64,000 bases of DNA, from assembly GCA_002412085.1 (NCBI GenBank), contig GG745546.1:1390-65389 (forward strand), given 5' to 3'. Both the position numbers and the translations under genes were made by a program. The notes under the pieces were generated by a model. It was given only the letters and a program-made list of their open reading frames with translations. It was not told where the DNA came from and did no database searches. Below are positions 1 to 9,557 of the stretch, piece by piece (the stretch's first letter is position 1; each line of letters begins with the position of its first letter). Source of the stretch: Candidatus Parvarchaeum acidophilus ARMAN-5 (GTDB lineage Archaea > Nanobdellota > Nanobdellia > Parvarchaeales > Parvarchaeaceae).

Positions 1-511
1 ACAATCTAATCCGGAAACAGATGCAGTGGCAGTGAAAGTACCTCCTCCAGTAGAAAGAGAAATAGAAGAACCTGTTGAAGCGCTTCCACTTGAACCATCA
101 TAACTTACGCTCCAAGTATACCCTGGAGGCAGACCTGTCTCACTAAATGTAGTTACGCATTTTTCAGTATAAGAATAGGTTATAGTAACAGGCTGACCTG
201 CATTTGTAGTGCCAGAAGAAGGGGATGGTGCAAAAACCTCGCTGCAATCCAAACCATCCACGTTAGAAACATGAACATCATAAACAGTGTAACTTAAGCT
301 AGTACCAGGACCTCCTGTAAATACATTTGTAGCTGATGTAGAGCTTTGATTGTCGCCGTTAAAATCTACATACCACTGTGTACCTGAAGGCAAACCTGTT
401 TCTGTAAACGTAGTTGTACAGGTCCAAGAACTGAAATCATATGTCGTTCCCTGCTCCACGGATTCGGAGGGAGTCGTACAATCTAATCCGGAAACAGATG
501 CAGTAGCAGTG
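1..511. repeat. 34-bp intragenic direct repeat with 1 mismatch (1-34 and 478-511)
   Basis: acaatctaatccggaaacagatgcagt(g/a)gcagtg occurs twice. Confidence 0.9.
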
Positions 512-1845
512 TAAGTGTTTACAGACGCGCTGTTATGAGAAGTTGTAACCATTATATTCTTTGGAGTAATTGTAGAAATTTTAATGTTGTTATAAGTTAC
601 GCTCCATGTGTACCCTGAAGGTAAATTGCTTTCTTCAAACGTGTTTTTACATGTTGTAAGAGAAGAGAAAGCTATATTTTTAGTAGACCCTGCATTTGCG
701 TAGCCTGATGATGGAGAAGGAGTGTAAGTTGTAGCACAATCTACAGTTGAAGATGAGTTCGGTGGTGAACTGACTGAATATGAGAAATTCCCAGGTGCTC
801 CTGTATATACAATACTGTCTGGAGATGAATTACTCTTCGCTAAACTATTATAACTTACATCCCATGTGTGGCCTGAAGGCAAACCTGTTTCTGTAAACGT
901 AGTTGTGCATAATCCTAAAAATCTAATATATTGATAATTACCAACGGATAAAGTCCCAGAAGATGGTGATGGAGAATAAACACAACCGCTTAAAATGACT
1001 TTACTGACTGAAAATGAGTATGTACCTGTTTTTTCATTTGTAAAAGCTATAACATTGGTTGTCGAAGAACTTTTTTCGCCCGCGTAAGTTACTTCCCAGT
1101 TTGTACCTGTTGGAAGCTCTTTCTCTATAAAAGTCGCTGCACATGAACTAACAAAAATAATATTCTGAACTTTACCAGATTCTAATGTACCAGAGGAAGG
1201 CAATGCTGTATATTTGCAGCCACTTGCAGATAAATTTCCGACAGTATAAGAATAAATTCCATAAGTAGTTGAAAAACTAATAGACGTTCCAGAAGAGGAA
1301 TGGTTTATGCCTTTGTATACTGTCCACCAAAGTGTATTTGAGGGTAATCCTTCTTCAGAAAAGCTTGTTATAGTAGAAGGTAGCACTAAATATATATTTG
1401 TAGGAACAAAAGACATTGTACCGTTTGATGAAAGATTTATATTATTATTTATAGAAAATCCTAAACCCAAACTAACAGTGTCTCTTGTGTTAGCCAGATT
1501 TAATTTTGCATAGCACACTGAACTTTGTCCCGGGTCTAACGTTAAATATTCGCATATTATTTTTGATATCGAGGTACTATTATACTCTAAAATAAATTTA
1601 TTTAAATTTGCATCTACCGATAACGAATTTGAAACCGAGAATTCTATATAAGTGTAATTAGCCAGAACACTGGTAATTTTAAGGCCAGTAAAACCACTTA
1701 TTGTAGACGAAGGAGAAATAAAACTTAATGGAGAGAATATACCTAAAGAAAAGAGTATTACGATTACAGCTACTACCAGTATAATCATCCAACCATATGT
1801 TTCTAATGCCTCTACTACTTGTTGCCCTTGTTTATAACCAGACAT
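1..1845 (-). CDS. Large surface protein/adhesin with class III (pilin-type) signal peptide and tandem ~80-aa thermopsin-like repeats; 3' end runs off the window
   Basis: Absent from the ORF track, presumably because it has no stop in the window; I spot-checked the frame rather than every codon. Manual translation from ATG 1845: MSGYKQG/QQVVEALETYGWMIILVVAVIVILFSLGIFSP. Six repeats of (C)xxTFxExxLPxGxxWxVxY/F. Confidence 0.85.
   Translation of the reverse strand, partial: MSGYKQGQQVVEALETYGWMIILVVAVIVILFSLGIFSPLSFISPSSTISGFTGLKITSVLANYTYIEFSVSNSLSVDANLNKFILEYNSTSISKIICEYLTLDPGQSSVCYAKLNLANTRDTVSLGLGFSINNNINLSSNGTMSFVPTNIYLVLPSTITSFSEEGLPSNTLWWTVYKGINHSSSGTSISFSTTYGIYSYTVGNLSASGCKYTALPSSGTLESGKVQNIIFVSSCAATFIEKELPTGTNWEVTYAGEKSSSTTNVIAFTNEKTGTYSFSVSKVILSGCVYSPSPSSGTLSVGNYQYIRFLGLCTTTFTETGLPSGHTWDVSYNSLAKSNSSPDSIVYTGAPGNFSYSVSSPPNSSSTVDCATTYTPSPSSGYANAGSTKNIAFSSLTTCKNTFEESNLPSGYTWSVTYNNIKISTITPKNIMVTTSHNSASVNTYTATASVSGLDCTTPSESVEQGTTYDFSSWTCTTTFTETGLPSGTQWYVDFNGDNQSSTSATNVFTGGPGTSLSYTVYDVHVSNVDGLDCSEVFAPSPSSGTTNAGQPVTITYSYTEKCVTTFSETGLPPGYTWSVSYDGSSGSASTGSSISLSTGGGTFTATASVSGLDC
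383..906. repeat. Exact 35-bp intragenic direct repeat (383-417 and 872-906)
   Basis: cctgaaggcaaacctgtttctgtaaacgtagttgt occurs twice and encodes TTTFTETGLPSG on the minus strand. Confidence 0.9.
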
Positions 1846-1947
1846 ATTATTACTAATATCAAGTTATAATAAATAACTTTTTTAGACTTTTTTATACAAA
1901 GATTTAAATATAGCAAGGTATATATATTACTATATTGTAGTGTATTT

Positions 1948-2043
1948 ATGAGAAGAAAAGAATTTTCTATTATAGACAAAGAAAATGATGACCCTGATGA
2001 GGATTACGAGCTAGAGAAAGATGAAGATCTTCTTGAGATTTAA
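1948..2043 (+). CDS. Putative 31-aa acidic small protein
   Basis: MRRKEFSIIDKENDDPDEDYELEKDEDLLEI*; fills the intergenic gap and has TATA-like tatatat upstream; below the ORF-track cutoff. Confidence 0.4.
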   Translation: MRRKEFSIIDKENDDPDEDYELEKDEDLLEI

Positions 2044-2048
2044 ATATA

Positions 2049-2879
2049 TTACGATGATATTATTTGTAGTAAAGGATTTCCAAATAACATAGTTATTACT
2101 ACTGCAAAAAGTATACCTGGTATAAATGGTAAACCTATCTTTATAAGTACCTCCTTTACTTTGCTATTTTTTAATTTTTCTATATCTGCGGCTGTAAGGC
2201 CCGTATCTCTCTCCGGTACTATTTTTTTGCCTTTACTGTCCTTTGGAGACTCTGCTAACCAGTCACCTTCCGTAAGTTTATTTACATTTTGAACTATATA
2301 CATAAGGTAGCTTGCAACCAGAAAAACAAATCTCATGGAAAAAAGCATAAAAGCCGCAATAGCTATAAAGAAATTCAAAGGCACAGGTATAAAGAAAAAT
2401 GATAAAACCATCGTTAATAATGTTACTATAAAAAAAGGTATATCATATACTTTAAAATGATTCTTTAATTTTTTAATTTTTATAACTCCTACGGCTATTG
2501 TTCCTAATATTCCATAAATACCTCCAAACAGAAGTATGTTTATAAATAAAGCGATAAAAGACCTGTTAGAAAAAAGGTTTATTGATGTAAAAACTATACT
2601 GATACCAAATAGAATTTTTACATCTCCGCCTCCCCACTGCCCGGCTTTATACATAAAGTAAGAGAAGCCTGTAACTAACAATATAGATAAAGGCATATAA
2701 ACGAGATTGGAAATTGTATTATTAGAAATTGAATAAGCCAATACAAGAAGCGAGCTTCCAGCTATAAGGACATAACTTATTGAGTCAGGCACTTCTCTCT
2801 TTTTGATATCGGTTATAGATGCCAGTATCAATACGCCTATCACAAATATAAATATAAGATAATTTATTGAATATACCAT
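2049..2879 (-). CDS. Prepilin/preflagellin peptidase, A24 family (PibD/FlaK-like GxGD aspartic protease)
   Basis: ITDIKKREVPD and WGGGDVK catalytic motifs, polytopic membrane protein, C-terminal GLPFIP. Confidence 0.9.
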   Translation of the reverse strand: MVYSINYLIFIFVIGVLILASITDIKKREVPDSISYVLIAGSSLLVLAYSISNNTISNLVYMPLSILLVTGFSYFMYKAGQWGGGDVKILFGISIVFTSINLFSNRSFIALFINILLFGGIYGILGTIAVGVIKIKKLKNHFKVYDIPFFIVTLLTMVLSFFFIPVPLNFFIAIAAFMLFSMRFVFLVASYLMYIVQNVNKLTEGDWLAESPKDSKGKKIVPERDTGLTAADIEKLKNSKVKEVLIKIGLPFIPGILFAVVITMLFGNPLLQIISS

Positions 2880-3634
2880 GTTATATTTAATTGGTACTGG
2901 ATTGTATTATTTAAATGATTTGCCTTTAAGAGCAATAGATGTTATAAGCAGCTGCAGTGAAGTTTTTATTGAAAGGTATACTAACTTAAATGATATAACT
3001 TTTATAGAAAAACTTAAAAAAATTACCGGTAAAAATATAGAAGTTATAGGCCGGGAAGAAGTAGAAAGCAGTTTCATAACGGATAAAGCCGTCGATAAGG
3101 ATATAGCACTTCTTATTCCGGGCGATCCTCTTGCAGCAACGACACACTTCTCTTTGGTAGAAGAATGTTATCAAAAAAACATTGCTGTAAAAATAATACA
3201 CGCTTCGAGCATATTCTCTGCTGTTGGAGAAACCGGTCTTTCAATATATAAATTTGGAGGGACTACGAGCATACCAATCTACACGGAGAATTTTCACCCG
3301 GAAAGTTTCTTTGATACAATAGAAAAAAACATAAACTGCGATTACCACACGCTTGTATTGCTTGAAGTCAGAGACGAAAAAAACTTTGTAAAGCCTATAG
3401 AAGCTATGAAAATACTTAAAACAATAGAAGAAAAAAACAATAAAAATATAATTAAATGGGACAGTGTAATTGTACTGTCTCAATTAGGAAGCGATTCCCA
3501 AACAATAAAAATTATTAATGAAAAGGATATAAATAATATAAAACCGCCATGTGCTGTTATAATACCCGGGTAAATTAAATCAAAATGAATTAGAAGCGAT
3601 CGAATTCATTAGAAAATCTTCAGGAACTGCGTAA
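2878..3634 (+). CDS. dph5: Diphthine synthase; apparent +1 frameshift near 3568-3570
   Basis: MLYLIGTGL, PGDPLAATTH, GLSIYKFG, HTLVLL. Removing one G extends IIPG to KLNQNELEAIEFIRKSSGTA*. Confidence 0.9.
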
Positions 3635-4516
3635 GGTTATAGGTATACTGTTGGATGTTATACAATAAGTATAACCAGCGCTGACATTTACTTCTATATT
3701 ATTTGTGTAACCTGCTGGATTGGATACTGGATTTACTAGCAATGAAAACTGTACGGGTGCGAGAAGATTTCCATTCTGAAAAGTTAAAGGGTATTCTTGC
3801 TGAGTTATATTTATACTGTGATCAATCTTGTATGTATTTCCCAAAGAATCGGTAAAGTAACCTACATCATTTGCGATATTAATGGATAGCCAATTCAATT
3901 TAAGCGTTGACCCTTCAGAAGTAAGATCCGAACCCATAACATACTCTGTATCATTCTGCGATGAAGGTGCTGCGAAGATAGAATCATTGAAATCTTGCAT
4001 ATAAATATTTATAGGCAAACCAGAAGAGGCTAAAGATGCAGAAGTGGGTGCTGTTCCTATAAATTTGTAACTCTTGATTGTCAAAGGATAATTTGTATAA
4101 GAAACTGCATTAAAACAGGCAGTAAAGGTTATCGTGCAGGTAGTGGGACTGGAACCGGAGAATGACCAATCTATTGAAGAAGGAGAATCTGCTGGGATAA
4201 CTACATGTTTGGAAGTTATCGGAAGAAATGAACAGCCATAAGGAGATAAAGAAACGTTTATTGGTTTATTGCCCGAATTTTTCATTGATGTAATTACACC
4301 TATGGCCTCATTCGTATATAACTGTGACAAATCATTAGGGGAGGATATGTTAAAAGATATTGGTAAATATGGATTTACTGTTACTTTTGAAACGGATGTT
4401 GAGGGAGTTATCTGGCTTAAGTAACCGCTTTTATAAAGAAAGAAAGCCACTGCTGCTATTACTAATATGACTATTACTATCATTACTCCACTTTGTCCTT
4501 TTTTATTCATAATCAA
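3620..4516 (-). CDS. Secreted pilin-like protein with class III signal peptide
   Basis: MIMNKKG/QSGVMIVIVILV leader; S/T/N-rich beta-type ectodomain; C-terminal GYTYC...IPI motif. Confidence 0.75.
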   Translation of the reverse strand: MIMNKKGQSGVMIVIVILVIAAVAFFLYKSGYLSQITPSTSVSKVTVNPYLPISFNISSPNDLSQLYTNEAIGVITSMKNSGNKPINVSLSPYGCSFLPITSKHVVIPADSPSSIDWSFSGSSPTTCTITFTACFNAVSYTNYPLTIKSYKFIGTAPTSASLASSGLPINIYMQDFNDSIFAAPSSQNDTEYVMGSDLTSEGSTLKLNWLSINIANDVGYFTDSLGNTYKIDHSINITQQEYPLTFQNGNLLAPVQFSLLVNPVSNPAGYTNNIEVNVSAGYTYCITSNSIPITLRSS

Positions 4517-5454
4517 ATACAGGATATATCAGCTGGTGAACCTGTAAACGAAAAATAATAACCATAGTTTATATTTATATTTATTATATTCTGTGAAGTA
4601 TTATTGTCATTTGTAGCGGTTATTTCTATAGGCAATCCAGAAGGTATTAATGCAAGGTTCACATCATTCAGGGTTAAGGTCATATTATTTTTAGAAACTG
4701 AAAAAGGAAATGTCTGACCATCGTAATAAACTGATGCAGAGGCTATCCCAGATGAATTCGTTATTTTTAATGTTACACTATTTATATAGTCATTTGGAGA
4801 ACCTGCAGATATGTTAGTGTAAGGCCCATATGTATAACCACTTTTCTTGCCAAATGAAGAAGCCATGACCAGATTAAGAGTTTGGGATAGCGGACCAGAG
4901 GGAATCTGGGTTTCTATTTCTATAGGCAGGGCCGAAACCGACATGAAACCCTGGTTAGCATTATTATATATTGTTTGAGGTATAAGTTTTTGTTTTGTGT
5001 CATAAGGATATGTAATGACTGAAGTCGTAAAGTTCTGCCAGAAATTTTTAACCTGTGAAGAAAATAAGTATGTTGATGACACACCCGAGCTTGATGATAA
5101 ACAGGAAATAGTGTATTGAACTTTTGATACGTTAGACATGTTTGCCGGCATATCTAGAACCTTGCTAATTGGGGATAATGAAACGTAATTTGGAGAACCT
5201 ACACTTACATTTAATAGCATGTTTACTGGCTGGTTAAATGGGTTAAAAAAGGTAAGATACATAGGTGCAGACCTACCTGAGTATATAGAAGTAGAATTAA
5301 AACTTGCTGATATGGTAAAAATCGAAGGCGTTGTGCTTTTTGAACCATTTATTTTAAATAACCCGCTGTTAACTCCATAGACTATTACTATAAGAATTAT
5401 AATAACTATAACGACGCCGAAAATGGCCGTGCTACTTGCTCCTAATCTATTCAT
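4513..5454 (-). CDS. Secreted pilin-like protein, probable paralog of its neighbours
   Basis: MNRLG/ASSTAIFGVVIV leader; C-terminal INYGYY motif. Confidence 0.7.
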   Translation of the reverse strand: MNRLGASSTAIFGVVIVIIILIVIVYGVNSGLFKINGSKSTTPSIFTISASFNSTSIYSGRSAPMYLTFFNPFNQPVNMLLNVSVGSPNYVSLSPISKVLDMPANMSNVSKVQYTISCLSSSSGVSSTYLFSSQVKNFWQNFTTSVITYPYDTKQKLIPQTIYNNANQGFMSVSALPIEIETQIPSGPLSQTLNLVMASSFGKKSGYTYGPYTNISAGSPNDYINSVTLKITNSSGIASASVYYDGQTFPFSVSKNNMTLTLNDVNLALIPSGLPIEITATNDNNTSQNIINININYGYYFSFTGSPADISCI

Positions 5455-5502
5455 ATTCCTAATATGTAAAAAGAAGTATTAAAGCTTTTATAGATTTTTT
5501 AA

Positions 5503-6489
5503 TCAAACGGAATATGGAGAAATGTAAAGACCAATAGGCAGGTATCCTTCCTGCTCATAAGAGTATGATACTCTAAAATGTAAATTCGGTGTAAAGTCCG
5601 GAACGTTCGCGCTTGTTAACTTGCCAGCCTCTACTGAATTCAAAGCTATTGGTAACGTTATGGAAGCGCCGTTTGGACCTATGGATACTTCATCATAAAG
5701 CACCTCTGTACCGTTGCTGAAAGTTTTAGTTTTAAGACCCAGAGAACTTGCACCCGTAACAGTTAGAATGGAGCTGTTTAAGACTATTGACATATTTGCA
5801 TTTCCTATTGGAGTACCTGAACCTATATTATTTAGGTTTATGGTAAGTTCAATATCCTGCCCGTACACTATTGGCTGTGAAGATGAAGTAGAAATCTGTA
5901 TAGGCCCGGGAGTTACACCTGAAACCTGTGTTTGTGGTGGCGGATAACTTCCGCTGTTACTGGCAGCCTGCGAAACAAATTCTAACTGCTGAGAAGCGCT
6001 TCCAGAATATGAGAAATTTAAGTAATAACCAAGATTCTGTGAGTATTGTATATTACCGTAAGAACTGGTTGGTGGTGCAGACATTGTAAAAGCCTCCGAT
6101 AACGTACCACCTGTGACAAGCGAAGGTATACTTACACACCTGCCACTAGTTATGGCATTCCCATTAGATACTGGAGAAGATTCCTGAGGGCTTGACAGTA
6201 TTGTAAAAAGTCCAAGATTATCTAAACAGAAAAATATGTTTGAAGCCGCGCTGCCATAGTTATTTATCACAAGAAAAGTAAGGCCGAATGTAGATGAGGG
6301 AGAAACCTTAGAAGGCGGATTTATTGGAGAAACCGCCAACGCTACCTTATTACTGAGATGAGTGGCAGAAGGCACGGGTGAAAGACCCAAGTAATTCAGT
6401 AAAACCGGGCCATAAAGGAATAACGCTACGATTATAACTAGTAATAAAACCGCTCCTATTGCTGTTCCTTGTCCTTTGTTATTTTTCAT
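5503..6489 (-). CDS. Secreted pilin-like protein with class III signal peptide
   Basis: MKNNKG/QGTAIGAVLLLV leader; GPIQI, LTINLNNIG and VSYSY motifs. Confidence 0.75.
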   Translation of the reverse strand: MKNNKGQGTAIGAVLLLVIIVALFLYGPVLLNYLGLSPVPSATHLSNKVALAVSPINPPSKVSPSSTFGLTFLVINNYGSAASNIFFCLDNLGLFTILSSPQESSPVSNGNAITSGRCVSIPSLVTGGTLSEAFTMSAPPTSSYGNIQYSQNLGYYLNFSYSGSASQQLEFVSQAASNSGSYPPPQTQVSGVTPGPIQISTSSSQPIVYGQDIELTINLNNIGSGTPIGNANMSIVLNSSILTVTGASSLGLKTKTFSNGTEVLYDEVSIGPNGASITLPIALNSVEAGKLTSANVPDFTPNLHFRVSYSYEQEGYLPIGLYISPYSV

Positions 6490-6490
6490 A

Positions 6491-7990
6491 TCAACTCGTA
6501 CATGTCTGGTTGCTTATTACTACTGGCATATTGAAACTCTCGTTATAATTATAATTTACATAACCAATTATGGTCATAGCGTTAAAATGCATTCCATTTA
6601 AAGTATTCACAGCGTTTAAGCCAAGATAAAAACTGGATCCTGATCCAGTGTGCTCTTACTGTTTATTACAATCCCAATATCCACTGCCCGGAAATGTAAA
6701 ACCCTGTCTAGTTATGGACACTGCATTGCTGCATGACCAATAGCTGCTAGATGGGTTTGTTGGGTAAAACTGTTTGCTTATGTAAATTGACAGGTTATTT
6801 ATCTCATAAGGAGAGTTTCCATTGTTTTTTATTGTAACCTCTAAAGGAAGAGAATCTATCTTCGTTAACACGGGCTGTTTAATTTCGGTGTATATCTCTA
6901 TCTGAATCGGCCCGGAAGAATAAAAGTTAACAGAGGGTTCTGAGGGAACGAATGCCTGACTGGAGGATATCAACTTGTTTTGAAATGAGTTTGACATAAA
7001 CTCTACGGGCAGGATAACTGCGGCTGTGTAATTCTTTACAAGAAAAGACGCGAGAAAAGACATAGACAATGGAAACGTTAGTTTTTTAGTAGGACATGAC
7101 AACGTAAAATCGGTCGTGTTCTCCTTGGTTTCCCCTGGTACTAGAATATTTAAAAGAGAAGCGTCGGCTATTTTTGGTGGAGAACTGCTGGTTTGAGCGG
7201 GATTCGTAAAAGCGGAAAGCATATCTTTACAGTAAGTTGCAGCGCCGGAAGAAACGGTACTGCCACATGAGATATTTACAATAAGATTGTTGGGAGTTCC
7301 TGGCCCAAGAGGAACGTTTCCGTTATTCGTCACAGAATAATATATCGAACCGGGCTGTGGATTCGAAGTAAGCGTTACAACCTGCCCTGATGGATAGTTC
7401 ATGCTTAAGAATGACGAAAAAGTGGGAGTAGTATTAGTTGATGTTACTTGCGGCTGAGTTATCAAAAGATTTGGATTCTGTATTTCAGCTATAAAAGTTG
7501 ATACTGATGAGAAACCAGAAGATATCAAACTACCTATTTTAGAGAATATTGAACCGTATGTCACTTCTGTATATACTATTCCTACGTTTGAAGGTGCCAC
7601 AAAGACAAGATAAACACCGAGGATTACTAAAAGTATTATAAATGGAGCAATAATGAGAGAGTGTTTCTTTGCAGACCTTACTACGTTATCAGTATTAAAT
7701 AATTTTCTATTTTTCTTCTTTTCCTGTTCTAGTTTTAAAAGCTCGGGAGAGTAACCATGCGCACTTTGTAAGTGTGCCCACAATGCCAGCTGGGAGGGGA
7801 ACTTTTGGCCACAAACTTCGCATGTAAATTTTGATTTACCTTTTTCATTTCGGGTCTGCTTTCCATGTTGGGCCTGCATATGTTCAGACAATTCTGCTTT
7901 TGATGAAAACTCTTGTCCACAGATCTTACATTTAAATTTTTTATTACTAGGATCGTTATTAGCAGCTGTATTCACATCGGGTGTATCCAT
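6491..7990 (-). CDS. Tandem C2H2 zinc-finger + single TM + pilin-array-like ectodomain protein; in-frame TAA at 6656-6658
   Basis: FKCKICGQEF..L..HMQAQH and FTCEVCGQKF..L..HLQSAH; TM LIIAPFIILLVILGVYLVFV. The same frame continues 54 codons past the TAA (...YVNYNYNESFNMPVVISNQTCTS*). Confidence 0.8.
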
Positions 7991-8024
7991 ATAAGAATAA
8001 CATATCTCTATTGATATTTAAATT

Positions 8025-9227
8025 TCAATTTACGACGGATTTTAAGGATATATATGAAGGTATGACTAAACCGTTAGAAGACAATTCTATTGTACCGCTA
8101 TAATTACCGCTAGAAGCATTATTTCCAAGATAACTTGATGGTATGAGCAACACATTCTCTCCGCTTGAAAGACTACTGGAATTCATGGTTAGGTTCTTTC
8201 CGCTGGGCGTGAAATACAAATAAACGTTTCCGCTTTTTATTATGCTGTTGACATCTAATGTAAGTATATAATTACCCTTTACTGCGTTGACGGAATAATA
8301 CAAAGTAGGTGAGTTCTCTGCTATGAAAGGTATATTGTAATTCATGGAAGCATCTGCTATCTCATAAGAAACATTCTTTGCTGGCTGGAAAACCACATTG
8401 AAAGACACTGGAAGTATAACGGAGTTTGATTCGTTTGAATTCCTTATCGCTTTTGATATTACTATCGAAGGTATGTTTATAATCTGTTCTGAGTCCTGGC
8501 CAGATGAAATATTAGAAACGATTTGATTGTTTATGGACACAGTCAGACTCCCGTATCCTATAGGGGTGTAATCAAGGGAATAGTCTCCTATACCGCTAAA
8601 AGTAAGTACTTTCACGGGCACGCTATACCCTCTGTTCTTTCCTGTTTCCTGTATTACTTTTATACTTGATAAAGTAAATGATTGCGTAAATGCAAATCCG
8701 TTTAGACTATCGGTTATAGACAATATATCCTTTGCTACAGAAGACCCGGGGATCTTTTCTATAATAGTCTCGGTTTTCGCAGGTATTGTGGAGAAAAAGC
8801 TGTTCCCATTCAATGAAAAGCTCATTTTAGGGCTGCCGGAAACGGACTTTACTGTTACTTCAATAAAATAAGTTGATTGCTGTGAGCCATTAAAATCTAT
8901 ATTATAGGAAGATGAACCTAAGATACTTGAGCCTATCGATACTGAGGTCTTATTAAAAACAGTGGTATTAAGAATGGGATAATCTACAGCGAAGGTTCCT
9001 ATTGCATATGAAGTGTTGAAAGGCTTACTATTTCCGCCTAGATAGGTATTAAGCTGGGCATAATACTCGCCGGTAGGAATGGATGGCTTGGTAGTCGTAG
9101 TATTGTTAATTCCTAATAGTTTATATGCCACAGGAGGAGGGACCAGACGAATATATATAACCACAGCCGCTATTAACATCAAAATCAAAATCACTACTGC
9201 AGGTATGCTTGCTCTCTCTATTGCCAT
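8025..9227 (-). CDS. Membrane-anchored/secreted beta-rich surface protein
   Basis: MAIERA/SIPAVVILILML..YIRLVPP leader; S/N-rich with many N-x-S/T sequons. Confidence 0.7.
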   Translation of the reverse strand: MAIERASIPAVVILILMLIAAVVIYIRLVPPPVAYKLLGINNTTTTKPSIPTGEYYAQLNTYLGGNSKPFNTSYAIGTFAVDYPILNTTVFNKTSVSIGSSILGSSSYNIDFNGSQQSTYFIEVTVKSVSGSPKMSFSLNGNSFFSTIPAKTETIIEKIPGSSVAKDILSITDSLNGFAFTQSFTLSSIKVIQETGKNRGYSVPVKVLTFSGIGDYSLDYTPIGYGSLTVSINNQIVSNISSGQDSEQIINIPSIVISKAIRNSNESNSVILPVSFNVVFQPAKNVSYEIADASMNYNIPFIAENSPTLYYSVNAVKGNYILTLDVNSIIKSGNVYLYFTPSGKNLTMNSSSLSSGENVLLIPSSYLGNNASSGNYSGTIELSSNGLVIPSYISLKSVVN

Positions 9228-9281
9228 AAAATCTTTACTACGTTATAATATATAAATATTTCTAATGCAATTTAACCTAAT

Positions 9282-9557
9282 TTATGTGGCCGTAAAATAC
9301 TCCTTGAGATCATCGCTTACTGAAAAGAAACCTGCCTTCAATCCAGCATCGACATAACTCCAGCTTATTACTACCGCTTCAAAAGCCCTTATATAATCTG
9401 TTTTTTCGAAAAAAAACTCACTGTCTTTAAAGTAATTAAACGCCATGTTGAAAAACTCATCGGCAAGATCATTTTCCTGGATTAAAGAGATGCTATTGAA
9501 TACTTTCTTCATCATACCTATCTCTTTTTCCGCCCTTTCTTTTACTTCATTAATCAT
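9282..9557 (-). CDS. DUF357 family protein
   Basis: MAFNYFKDSEFF..KTDYIRAFEAVVISWSYVDAG pattern, 91 aa. Confidence 0.75.
   Translation of the reverse strand: MINEVKERAEKEIGMMKKVFNSISLIQENDLADEFFNMAFNYFKDSEFFFEKTDYIRAFEAVVISWSYVDAGLKAGFFSVSDDLKEYFTAT

Noticed and set aside
1-906. 34-35-bp direct repeats as a CRISPR array
   Set aside because: Two different repeats with two copies each, about 480 bp apart, in frame within a coding sequence; no cas genes in the window
1307-1513. 68-aa plus-strand ORF, and the many other short antisense ORFs in the track (e.g. 5714, 10954, 26623, 37514, 55293)
   Set aside because: They are shadows of well-supported genes on the opposite strand and have no motifs
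6656-6658. Alternative genetic code or Sec/Pyl recoding
   Set aside because: The codon is TAA, and TAA, TAG and TGA all end conserved genes normally elsewhere in the window
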